Positions 20,084-31,356 of a stretch of DNA of 64,000 bases are shown in pieces; positions within the stretch are counted from its first letter, which is position 1; each line of letters opens with the position of its first letter. The notes under the pieces are model-generated. The model saw only the letters and a program-made list of their open reading frames with translations, searched no databases and was not told the origin of the DNA. The DNA is taken from contig CM035357.1 in NCBI GenBank assembly GCA_020137815.1, forward strand, positions 7,502,001-7,566,000. Reading direction: 5' to 3'. This DNA is from Hormiphora californensis (Eukaryota; Animalia; Ctenophora). The position numbers were made by a program, and so were the translations under genes.

Positions 20084-20880
20084 AATTCCACTTGAAAACA
20101 GGATGGGAAGGGGAGGGGACGAGAATCCAATTGTTTGTCTTTCTCTCGGTCGTTTGTAGTACTGAATTTGTGATTCCTATTGTTGTAGAAAAAGTTGTTG
20201 AGAGTTCTTGCTTGTAGATAGAGGGGGAGTAGAGAGAGGGAACAGTAAACAGAACTAGATACAATGGGGTCCTGCAATGGGGGTTTGTAGGAACAACTTA
20301 TATTGTTGACTATATATACCTACTTCTGGGCGTTTATCTTCAGCCTATTCCCATATTCAGGCTATCGGATATAACATATATTACGAATGACATGCGAATT
20401 GGCAAATTAAACCCTGGAGTAGGTATCTATATCTAGGCTTGTTATAATGAGGGTGGGAACTGGGAAGTAGACCGAGTGTTGAGAAGAGCTACTCCATCTA
20501 GTCCGTCTGTTGCTGTATGTACAAACTCCCAATTCGAACCCCCCTAAAAAGGCATGAACAATGAACTGAAAATGGAGGAGCTGCAACCTTCAACCTCAAT
20601 TGGGACGCCAGGCCAGTCAGGCATGTTGCCAAGCACTCACATTCAGAATCTCGGTTAGTGCGCGCAGCCCACACACCGCGCAGCAGTATTCCTCTTTCTG
20701 TTCCACTCAATGTGACACTGCTGTACTTTAAACACATCGACCCCCGCGCGCGAGCAGATTCGTAGCTGTACCCAAGTTACCATGTCAACCAAAAGTCAAA
20801 AGTGCCAGTTTTTCGAAAGTGCTGTCCCAACAGTTTAAATGGGGAATCTCACACATACACGGGCAGAACTCGGTTAAGGA

Positions 20881-21077
20881 GAGATTAATTAGTATTCTGA
20901 ATAATGAGTTCAGAGCAAGAATTAAATAGGGAAGAAAATCGAAAAATACTGGGTTTGACCGGGAATTGAACCAGGGACCTCCAGAGAGACATGCTCGGAG
21001 CTATAAACCACTCAGCTACCAAACCCTATAATAGGGTTCTTGCTCTGAACTCATTATTCAGAATACTAATTAATCTC
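20881..21077. mobile_element. Small element with perfect 41-bp inverted repeats enclosing a tRNA-like sequence
   Basis: 20881-20921 is the exact reverse complement of 21037-21077. Confidence 0.75.
20951..21026 (-). pseudogene. tRNA-like sequence (pseudo-tRNA or SINE head)
   Basis: Minus strand: GGGTTTG/CAAACCC acceptor stem, A box TAGCTGAGTGG, B box GGTTCAATTCC; anticodon and T stems are imperfect. Confidence 0.6.
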
Positions 21078-21290
21078 CAACTAAAGCCACATATTTTCAG
21101 ATGGTACAGCGATGTCACCTTACCACCATCACCAAAGACATTCGATAGTAGCATATCACTTTCCCGATCCTCTCACCCCTTCCCCAGAGTAAGCAAGATT
21201 TTTTCTTATTGAACACATCTTGGCAAAACAAGACTTTATCAAACTTTCTTTGACAGTGGAAGGTTCGCTAAGCCGATCGGTAGTGACGTG

Positions 21291-22253
21291 ATGGATCAGT
21301 TTGTGTTTCCAAGCGACTACAACACAGCTTTTGCAAACTACGACAACCACAACCAAGGGTACTATCATGGCCCTCAACCAACCGTGCCATTCCCATCGCC
21401 CGCTCCCTCGCAGAGTGCTTTCACATACGAGCCAGGTACAAAACCATATTGGGGCTCAACATTATACCCAACATTGGACTGGTAGGGTGGGAGAATTATC
21501 ACCATTCTGTAACTCCCGGTCAGTTTCAGATATAACCATGCCGGCTCAACAGACACAACAACATCCCACACAACAACAAGGGTACGAGCCTCCCATCAAG
21601 AAACCAAGATCTAAAAGCAGTACTAAGAAGTCGGGGCGAAGTTGGAAGAAGGATGATGAACAGAAAAGGGTTACAGACATCAAAACATGCTTATTAGAAC
21701 ATCACAAAGGTATTTTGTGAGTCAGTTAGTGTTTGTGTGTAGTGATGTGCCTGGTAGACTCTCCCAGGCATAGGACCTACCTTGATGGGCATTGTTCGTG
21801 TTTTCTAGTAACGTTGACTGTTAACTGTCAGTATCGGTCAGTACCTAGTTGAGCAACATAACAGTGTTATGACAACTATTCCCTCTACAGCGGGAAGTGA
21901 GGAGATATGGAGGAAGGGTGGTGAACCTAAAAAGAAGCACAAAGCCAGTCAAACAACCTATAAATATCCAATTCAGTTGTCTTCTGAGGAGGAGTTTACC
22001 TCTCTTGCAATTCTACTACACATCTTCAGGTAGGGAGTTGCTTGCATTGTTCTATCCTTTCGCTGCACAAAACATGGCCGCCTGCCTTTTTCGAGTTTCG
22101 ACCCTCTCACTCCGCGACCCTGAGACCATATCTCTGTGCCTCGGGTTAGAACATAACAAGTGCACACTGTATGGTGATTATAACGACATCTCCCTCTCTC
22201 TCAGTAATGAAGCCACGGTGAACTCAGGGAAGTGGTATAGGAGCGGGGGATAG
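21291..22253 (+). CDS. Small uncharacterised protein with a Q/P/Y-rich N-terminus and a basic NLS-like middle. Approximate exons: 21291-21435, 21530-21709, 21891-22029, 22205-22253
   Basis: Phase-consistent GT-AG splicing gives MDQFVF...EPPIKKPRSK...EEIWRKGGEPKKKHK...FTSLAILLHIF...GKWYRSGG*; no family recognised. Confidence 0.55.
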
Positions 22254-22609
22254 CGGGGGATCTAAATAATTTATTGAGTTATCGTTGTGTAAAGATTTCC
22301 TTTTTAACAGTTTTTAGAAATGTTTGTTTTACTTGTTCGACAATCTAAGGATGAGCAAGTTTTAACTGCTATTACTAGTTTGATTTGGGGAAGAGAACTA
22401 ATATAATATTGTACAATGAACACCAACCAAAAGTTTCTCTACTGATTGTTCATGATCGTCGTCAATTGAAAAACCCTCCTGCCCGTTTCCTCAAAAGAAC
22501 GATATATTTGACAATCCATCGGCCTTTCTTGTTTCCCTGGCAGAGTTGATAGTCCTGAAATAACGAGATGTTAAGGGTACTACCCGCATCCTCCATATCC
22601 TTAAATCGA

Positions 22610-22926
22610 TAGTGTTTACGCAGTGTTTACGCAGTGAATACATAGTGAATACGCAGTGAATACAGAGCGAATACGCAGTGAATGCAGAGCGAATGCAGAG
22701 CGAATACGCAAGTAATACGCAGTGAATACGCCGTGGTTCCAGAGTGAATACGCAGTGAATGCAGAGTGAATACGCAATCATTGGGGATATCCTACCAGAA
22801 CTGTTTACGCAGTGAATACAGAGTGAATACGCAGTGAATACAGAGCGAATACGCAGTGAATGCAGAGCGAATACGCAATCATTGGTAATATCCTACCAGA
22901 ACTAGAATGCCGTAAATACGCAGTGA
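22610..22926. repeat. 10-bp satellite-like array (gcagtgaata / gagcgaatac)
   Basis: Direct tandem repeats visible, with a duplicated spacer aatcattgg...atatcctaccagaact. Confidence 0.85.
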
Positions 22927-23305
22927 TAGAAAAATTGGACATTGTTGCTACAACCCGAAAAAAAGTGGTTTAAGATCTAAAATGCTACAATCAATATCAA
23001 ACCATCTCTATATATTGTGCCACAGCAGCACCTCCCATTCTTACCCTCTAAATTGCTGTTTCTGTTCCAATATATGATCCAGCATGTCGAGGGGGGGGGG
23101 GGCAGTATGTCGTCTTAAAACAACCTGAAACACAACTTGCCAAGCAAACATAGTTTACAAAAGGTTAGCATGGGTGTACTTAGATGGGGGTGTGCGTGTG
23201 TGACGTTTGAAACTCTGTGATTACGTGAAATGGAAAAAATGAACACAAAATGATATCTCTCATATAAAATCTCCTTCGGCGGTCTTGGGCGGTCTGACGC
23301 TCAGA

Positions 23306-26300
23306 TTAACAGAATCCGCATGTTTTTGGGCAGTATAGTTTCATGTATCCGTAGAACTGGCTCTCCAAGGTACAGTGGGCTGACCAATCGGGCTGGCAGG
23401 AAGCATCGTCCTTACAAACTGTAAGAAGAGTTGTCAGGAACTGACTATAATATCGTACACGCTGCCTTTGGCCCGGTTTGGAGAGTGCAGTGAGACAATA
23501 ATCATAATAATAAGGGTTGTTATAATACGGGGACTTGGGAAACGGTTTAAACAAAAAAGATTAAAGGTAATTGGGTCATTTCGGAGTTGTTTTACCTGAA
23601 CCTGCTGCCGCCACTTCTTTTCCTTTCTTTCCTTTCTTTCCCTTCTTTCCCTTTTTCTTATTTTTTCGTTCTTTCCTTCGTCCTTTTCGTTCCTTTCGTT
23701 GCTGTTTTCGTTCCTTTCTTTGCTGTTTCTTCCTTTCTTTTTCGTCTGAAAACTCTTTGTCATCGGGCATGTCTTCGGGTGGGAAACTATCATCTTCCAT
23801 GTCTTCAGGTGGGAAACTATCGTCCTCCATGTCCTCAGGTGGGAAACTATCGTCTTCCATGTCCTCAGGTGGGAAACTATCGTCTTCCATGTCCTCAGGT
23901 TGGAAACTATCATCCTCGGGTGGTACTGGGACGTCTTTTCTATCGTCTTTGAACTCATAATTTTCCTTGTCTTCGGGTGGTACTGGGTAATCTTCTCTGA
24001 GATTTCTACTTTCAACGATATCTTTCTTTCCTTCCCTTTCCTTCCTCTTTTCTTGTCGTTCCTTCCTCTTTGCTTGTCGTGCCTTCTTCTTTTCTTGTCT
24101 TTCCTTCTTTCGCTGTTTTCTCTTCTCCTGTCGTTCCCTCCTTTTGTCTTTCTTAGACTTCTTCTCGTCAGGCGTGTCCTCTGGCTTCGCATCCTTCTTG
24201 TCTGGAATATCGTCTGATTCATCTTCTGGGATATCATTAGGCGTTTCCCAATCATCCGGCATTTCATCTTCTTCTTCATCTTCTACTGGGATATCTTTAG
24301 GCGTTTCCCACTCATCTGGCATTTCATCTTCTTCTTCTTCTTCAAAGAAATCAAAGGGAAGATCTTTCGTTTCGCCCTTAGAATCATCAAAGGGAAGATC
24401 TTTTGTGTCGCCCTTAGAATCATCATCGACCGATACCTCTCCTGGATTACCGCCGGACCGAACTTCGTTGTTCCAGTTTTTCTGTCTTTTTCGATCTGAA
24501 AGAGTCATAAACCTTTTTAAATCGTTTTTAATGCAAATAATGCCAATAACGGTAAAGGGAACAAAAACTGGTAAACTACATCCTCTATTGCTTACTTCGT
24601 TCGTTTCTGTTGTATCTTTTACAGGTTGCAGGGCACGTCTTCATCATCCGTACGTGGTTAGGGTGTCGTTTATCACAGGCCGCGGTGTGGTATTGACAAT
24701 CCGAACTGATATCTATGAGAAAAAACAGGTTCAAGGCGGGCAGTATAAGGTAGTCACACGGATTCCCGCACAGATTCTAAACTGAACTGAAGCGGTAATT
24801 GGGTGTTCCGATTGGGGTTCGACAACAATCAAATATATAATCTCAAGAGGTGAGATCTCACCTTGTCCTTCGTTCATGTCCTGATTCCTTTTCTTGCAGT
24901 AAATAGGACATTCTCTCATCATCCACCAGTAGTGTTCGTGTTGTTTATCGCACATTGCACGATACGTTGCACAATCCGCACGCTTGTCTGAGATGGGGGG
25001 GGGGGGGTGCAGTGTCATTAAAAATGCAGTACTGTCCAGTGACACTACCAGTACTGCCCAGTGACACTACCAGTACTGCCCAGTGACACTACCAGTACTG
25101 TCCAGTGACACTACCAGTACTGTCCAGTGACACTACCAGTACTGCCCAGTGACACTACCAGTACTGTCCAGTGACACTACCAGTACTGTCCAGTGACACT
25201 ACCAGTACCTAAGACAAAGAATAATAACATCATGTTTCATCACGTTTTAAATTCTACCTTTTTCTTCAATTATCCCATTTTCCTTATTGTACTTTTTACA
25301 GGTTGCAGGACATTTTTTCACCATCAACCGGTAATTAGCTTCCAGTGGATCACATAATTTAATGTACAGAGGACATTTTTCACTAGTATCCACGCACTCT
25401 TCTAGGGAAATATTATTAATTGGAATGAAAAATAAACAAGAATATTTGCACTATCTATCCATAGCGCTGTATTTTCCGGTAGGCGGCAAATGTTAACCAG
25501 ATCTGTGAGAATTTCGCACGTTTTTGCCCATAACTCAGCCATTTCTTGACCAATTTGCAAAATTTTTGGCTCATTGAGATCTCTCAAATGAGCTCAAGAA
25601 AATTAAAATTGGCGCAAACTGTGCGGCGTGGTGGCAAAAACGTGCATTTTGCACCATGACGCCGCACATTTTTATTGGGCTCATTTGAAAGAGCTCAATG
25701 TCCTCTTTCCAACGCGCTCAAGATTTTGCAAATTGGTCAAGAAATGACTGAGTTATGGACAAAAGCGTGGTTTTGCACGTACGTATACTACAGGTGACGA
25801 GAAAAACTCTCATAATATGTTAGGCAGTACCTTCATCTTTGTCCATCCCACCGTCTTTATTGTACTTTTTGCAGGTTGCAGGGCAATCTTTTATCACCAA
25901 CTGGTAGTTTTGGTGTAGTGGATCACATTCGTTTATCCATTTTGGACAATCCTGAAGTTTGTCCACACACTCTTCTAGGGAAACCGGAGGAACAACATTA
26001 AAAGTTGGCGGTTCACTGAATTTTAAAGAATAGCAATGTTGGCAAATCCCCCCAAACTTTGCCCATTTCCCCCCTGGGTGAATGCCGATGGTCGATCCTA
26101 CCTTCATCCTTTTGGTACTTTTTACAGGTAGCAGGACAATTTTTTATCATCCACGGGTATTTAGCTTTCAGTGGATCACAGAGGTGGATGTAGCGAGGAC
26201 ATCTCTCATCAGTGTCCACACACTCTTCTAGGAAAACATTTAATTGGAATGAAAATTGAACAAAAATGTTTGCACTATCTATCCATAGCGCTGTATTTTC

Positions 26301-27615
26301 CTGCCGTTATATTGGTCATGTGAGATTCTGAAATGTGCAACAGTACAGCGTGACGAGAAAAACTCTTATAATATATGTTAGGCAGTACTCAGTAGGCAGT
26401 ACCTTCATCTTTGTCCATCCCACCGTCTTTATTATATCTTTTGCAGGTTGCAGCGCATTCTTTTATCACCAACTGGTAGTTTTGGTGTAGTGGATCACAT
26501 TCGTTTATCCATTTTGAACAATCCTGACGTTTGTCCACACACTCTTCTAGAGAGGAACAACAAGTTGGCGGTTCACTGAATTTTTAAGGATGGCAATGTT
26601 AAAAAGTTTGCCCATTTCTCCCCTGGGTGAATGCCGGTGGTCTTACCTTCACCCTTAGCCTCTCGGTACTTTTTACAGGTTGCAGGACACTTTTTAACCA
26701 TCAACTGGTATTTAGCTTCCAGTGGATCACAGTATTCAATGTACAGAGGACATTTCTCACTACTATCCACACACTCTTCTAGGGAAACAACATTAACTGG
26801 AATCATCTAATAATATGTAATAAGAATAATAATAAATAGTTTGGCCATACGGCCAACTCGACTTGTACCGTACAAAAATTATGTCTAAACTCACTTCCAT
26901 TTTCCACTATTGTAGAATCATCTGTATCGTCTTCAGAGAGGAAGGGGTCTTCAGTTTCGTCTTGAGAGGGGGAAAGGTCTTCAGTTTCGTCTTCAGACTC
27001 TTCTTTCTCTGAAATTTGATGATTCAACTTTGTAACTTGCTACATGACAAAATTTTCACGGGCAAGTAAGAAATCTGAATAGTTAGGATAGAGGGTTAAT
27101 ATTATTTAACATTATAATGCGAACTGGGATGATGTAATAATACACAGCCACGGATACCTTCTTTTTCGCAGCCCGCCACATTGCAAGTAGAAGGACAACT
27201 TGTCTTCATCCAGTCCACGTTTTTACCCTCTGTACATTGGTCAACCCATTCAGGACACCCTGGAAATTCATCTTTACACCTTTCTTCCATTAGCAGATTC
27301 GATTGTCCAAAGGCCGGCACTTCACTAATGCGTCCATCAGGGGCACCTGTGGCAAGTAGAGTCAGTACGGGTCCAGTGACAAGGTCAGAGTAGTTAGATC
27401 TCAATTGCAATATTACCTTGAATACAGTTTTTACACATTTTAGGGCAGTTGGTAAGCATGTACATGGAGTACTCTGAACCAATGCAGTATTCCTTCCACT
27501 CAGAACGACAGTTGTCGGCATCTTTACACTCATTTATTGTGCTCACACTACTGCCTAGCACCTCTGCAGCAGCTGCTGTGCTGACTAGCAGCACCAGCGG
27601 AAAAGCTAAATTCAT
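23306..27615 (-). CDS. Secreted multi-ShK-domain protein with alternating acidic and Lys/Arg-rich blocks
   Basis: Signal peptide MNLAFPLVLLVSTAAAA; about 10 ShK-type modules on phase-1 exons (C..D...C..W...C......M...CP.TC); FPPEDMEDDS repeats; C-terminal CKDDASC...YCPKTCGFC*. Confidence 0.85.
25033..25208. repeat. 22-bp intronic minisatellite, about 8 copies
   Basis: ccagtgacactaccagtactg(t/c) in tandem. Confidence 0.9.
25480..25793. mobile_element. Palindromic MITE in an intron of the ShK gene
   Basis: tttgcccataactcagccatttcttgaccaatttgcaaaa mirrored by ttttgcaaattggtcaagaaatgactgagttatggacaaa; absent from the paralogous intron at ~26300-26348. Confidence 0.7.
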
Positions 27616-28254
27616 CCGTGGTGTTCTAAAAAGTACAAATCTCATGTAAAGACTCTAACTTTGAAGGAGACAATTCGAGGAGAGCAATGAAGTAATGAAG
27701 GAGAGCAATAGAGTAATGCTGAAGGAAGTCGTGAGGACACGTCTGTCAGAGCATTGACCTGACAGGGACACGTCCTGGGACCTGGGTGTGGGAGGTCATT
27801 TGAGTCTGAATTGTGAGCACTGAGAATTTAACTTTTTAATTTTGAATAGATTATTTTTATTATTAAATCTGAGTTTACCCTCTTACTTGGGAGGAAAATT
27901 GGTATTTGGTACCCAGAATCACCCTCGGATAGTGTACCAACTACCATAAAAAAGTTCAAGAGCGTATTAGACCCAAGAGCGCACCACATTTAGAAGAGAC
28001 TACTCCAAGAGAGCTCCCCATCAAAAAGATACCTCTCTTGGAGCTGAGTGGTCTCTACCACTAGTATTAAACATCGGTCTATTATGTAGTCAAACTGTGA
28101 AAGTGAAGTGAGGGGCGCCGTTACAATCTGGGTGTCTGGTGGCCTCTTTACAGGTGCACGATTCCAAAAAAGTATCATGCGCATTGCGCTAAAATGGCTC
28201 TAACCACTAAACCGCTCAACCGTTTTGGCTAATCCAAAGTTTATAGTCGAATTT

Positions 28255-28434
28255 GGGACAGGGAGGGTCTTTTTGACCTTGTTTCAAACACGCATATCTC
28301 CTGTTCTGGATGAGATAAAAACTTGAAATTTCAACTTAGCATGATCTTCCTAACCTCCAAATTTCAAGTCTCTATCTCATCAGGAACCGGAGATATGCGC
28401 GTTTGAAATAAAGTAAAAAAAGACCCCCTGTCCC
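28255..28434. mobile_element. Palindromic MITE fragment truncating the retroelement ORF (second copy at 31248-31427)
   Basis: gggacagggagggtctttttgacc...gatgagat mirrored by atctcatc...aaaaaagaccccctgtccc. Confidence 0.65.
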
Positions 28435-29512
28435 TATAATATCTGATTGAAAATTTCAAGCCCTTACCCCAATCCAAACCTCGGGGCTCGAATGAATTAC
28501 CCTTGGTAGGGGCTACTTCACTTCTCCGAGTGTTCTTTAAATGTGTGTCTTTACATTCTTTGTCGGTACAGACTCGGGAGATCTCAGACTTATGGCAGAG
28601 AGGTGGGTGAAAATCCTGGCACTGGTCACCATAGTTACACCCAGAACGAGTTGCCGTTCCGAACTGACAATAACGGAGGCATCTCTGGGGATGTTCCTTG
28701 CTGCAAGGCTTACCACTGATCAACTTGTCACCATTTGGGCCATGGGGACAGTCTCTCAGTAGATAACGTTCACAAACATTGCTGAATTTAGGAACACCTT
28801 GGGGTTTCACCTCTCCATCAGAAGATATGTCTCCAAGATCCACATCTTTTAGAACTGTCACTCCACCAACAGGAGTTACCAGATCATCAGGATCTTTCTT
28901 GACAGGAGCTTGTTTCTTCTTCCTCTTCTTCTTACCGCTACGGCCTGCCTTTGGACTGATTTTGAACTCGTATTCCTCATCAGATAACACTGATTCTGGA
29001 TCTTCAGCACTTCGGTTGCACATGAAGGTTTCAATTTTGTTGTTTTTGTCCTTGCACGGCAGACACAACCAGACCGACCCCGTCAATGACCCAAGGGTGC
29101 CATCCATAGCCTCGCAATCATGAGACCCCTGCTGGCAAAGAAAACAGCGGACACGAGGAGATTCACCTGGTTTAACTGCATACCCTTCGCCACAGCCCTC
29201 ACAGTCACAAGGAAAATGACTTTCCAGCTGAATGATGATGTAATCGGCTAGTGTAGTGCGGTTCTGGTACCGCTTAGTTTTATCTGCATGTGAGCCGGGG
29301 GATGCACCGAAAAACGATGCAGCGGCTTCCAGGTGAGCACAGTTGAATGTGCGGATGATGTCTAGATTCTTGGTGTAATCCACATCATGGCGGTAGGCAG
29401 ACAGGATCTTTTTGGTAAGGGGATCTGCTGCGTTTACAAGATTTCCAACGGCAAGGGCATTGCCATCACTTTTGTCATCAGTAGGTGTAGCCATATTTGT
29501 CATATCTGGCAT
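28364..29512 (-). CDS. Non-LTR retrotransposon ORF1-like protein (PHD finger plus three CCCH-type knuckles), 3'-truncated; copy 1
   Basis: Intronless 382 aa. CEGC...CFLCQQGSHDC...WLCLPC is PHD-like; basic KKKRKKK; CCCH repeats CERYLLRDCPHG...CSKEHP..C...CNYGDQCQDFHPPLC...CTDKECKDTH. The last ~40 aa read through a MITE; no ORF2. Confidence 0.7.
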   Translation of the reverse strand: MPDMTNMATPTDDKSDGNALAVGNLVNAADPLTKKILSAYRHDVDYTKNLDIIRTFNCAHLEAAASFFGASPGSHADKTKRYQNRTTLADYIIIQLESHFPCDCEGCGEGYAVKPGESPRVRCFLCQQGSHDCEAMDGTLGSLTGSVWLCLPCKDKNNKIETFMCNRSAEDPESVLSDEEYEFKISPKAGRSGKKKRKKKQAPVKKDPDDLVTPVGGVTVLKDVDLGDISSDGEVKPQGVPKFSNVCERYLLRDCPHGPNGDKLISGKPCSKEHPQRCLRYCQFGTATRSGCNYGDQCQDFHPPLCHKSEISRVCTDKECKDTHLKNTRRSEVAPTKGNSFEPRGLDWGKGLKFSIRYYRDRGSFFTLFQTRISPVPDEIET

Positions 29513-29557
29513 GGCTAGAGCCTACAGAGGGATATTCGAAAACGCACGGGCGCGCGC

Positions 29558-29597
29558 CTCAAATTAATTTGTTTAAAGTAGTGTTGAAAAGTTTGAA
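29558..29597 (-). other. Genomic copy of the ctenophore spliced-leader exon, not followed by a GT donor; copy 1
   Basis: Minus strand TTCAAACTTTTCAACACTACTTTAAACAAATTAATTTGAG matches the ctenophore SL as I recall it; followed by GCGCGC. Confidence 0.8.
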
Positions 29598-30264
29598 GCC
29601 CTAACCCTTAAAAAACCGTGAGTGCTGACACTCCAAACACCCAGATTTTAACGCTGGCTTGGCAAAACGCTGCTGGCCCCCGCGGGATAAGGCAGCGCTT
29701 TTCAAGCTGGCCAGTGGCCTGAAGTGAGCAAAATAAAAAAGGGCGTCACTTTTGTTTTTTTGGGATTCTTTTTTTAAAGCTCAGCTCGCCGCGCGCGCGT
29801 TCGAATACGCTGCATTTGCGTGCCGCGCACTGAATACCCAAAAAAGCTCATCAAAAAGATCACTGCACCTTTTCGCTCACTGGTCTGTTTTGGTCTGTTG
29901 GTCCATCCAAACGCCCCATCCTATCTGAAGGTGCCCATCTCCAACCTGTATAAACAGCACCAAAATCAAAAGAAACTGGCATACATGCGAAGGGTACAAG
30001 AAGTGGAGCAGGGTTCATTCACCCCTCTTGTATTCTCCAGCCATTATCTTAGCATAGCTTTTTATTCTATTATTCCAAGACGACCGCTTTAGTCGCGGTG
30101 GAGAGATGTTCATACAACACTAGCCATTAGGTTTTTAGTTGTTTCCTCCATTTATAACGCATAAAAGCGGTATATCAAATGTATATATTATTATTAAAAA
30201 AAACTATTTATTGAGCAGGAAGATGTACGTTATGTGACCGCCCCAAAGGGCAGATAAACACGAA

Positions 30265-31233
30265 ATGACTGAATTTGATTATGAAGATCCACGATTTTTC
30301 CTGGGGGGTAGAGGTCGCGAAAAAGATTTTGTCACCTACGCCAAGAACTAACGGTCGAGTGGGTGAGGGGGGGAGGGTCCGACGAAAAGGAGGGGTTTTG
30401 GGGAAAGGGGAAAACCCCAATAAGTAATCTATGACCCGGATAATGTAGAGAATCGGTACGGACTTCGCTGATGATTGGAACAATCTGGAGTTTCGCGGGG
30501 GATAAACGAATAACTCGCTGAAAAGCCCAGAATCGTAGGTTTTTTGAAGTGCGTTTAAAATACTGAGGGTCGCTTTTCCCATTGTCCGGAGCTGTTTTAA
30601 GGGGGGGGATGATACACTAAAAAGGGGGAAGAAGTTCGGAAGGAGTCAAAAAAACGCGAAGGAAGAGCTAATCAAAACCCCAGAGGATTTTGGTTGCTGC
30701 CAAAGGAGGAGTGTAAAAAAGCAGAGGGCGAAATTTTCGAAAAAAGAGGGGGGGAAAAAGAAACTGAAAAACACCCTGTTCGGGGAAAAGGCCACGCGGG
30801 GAAATAAAAAGCTTTGCATCTGTTCTGGAGAAAGAGTGTTTTCTACTGCCCTGGCCCCAAAAAAATACAGTCGGCTCTTCGCGCAAAGGGTTTATCGTGG
30901 ATTGTAACTCATTCCCTGGTGGGAACGAATGAATGACAAGAGTGATAGCTTGAAAATCAAGGGAAGTCCATTTTTTTCTGAGGGGGAAGGGCTCCGGTTT
31001 TTTTGGGCTCCTTTGTGCATTGGAAAGCAGTCCAAACGCCAGACCATGAAAATAAAATGCTTCGAAACAGGGAGGGTCAGAATCGATTCGTCGAAAAAAA
31101 AGCATGAGAGGGACTGAAAAAATGATTTTAAAAAGGTATTTCCCCCGGGTTTAAAACCCGGAGGGGAAAAAGAAAGTTAGGGGAAAAAATGTTTTTAGAC
31201 GAATTTTAAAAAAAAGGTAAGAGGTATTTCCAG
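30265..31233 (+). pseudogene. Garbled copy of ORF 33257-34255; probable low-quality assembly segment
   Basis: Collinear with 33257-34210, but differences are mostly homopolymer smearing. Confidence 0.75.
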
Positions 31234-31356
31234 TTATAGTCGAATTTGGGACAGGGAGGGTCTTTTTGACCTTGTTTCAAACACGCATATCTCCTGTTCT
31301 GGATGAGATAAAAACTTGAAATTTCAACTTAGCATGATCTTCCTAACCTCCAAATT

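Noticed and set aside
23434-24785. Alternative-frame and antisense ORFs over the acidic/basic exon, and similar ones over the ZC3H4 and protease exons
   Set aside because: Shadows of low-complexity coding sequence
29558-29597. Functional SL RNA gene
   Set aside because: No GT donor or evident Sm site after the leader; it is followed by the 5' UTR of an ORF
29599-29612. Telomeric repeat (ccctaaccctta)
   Set aside because: Only about two units; insufficient evidence
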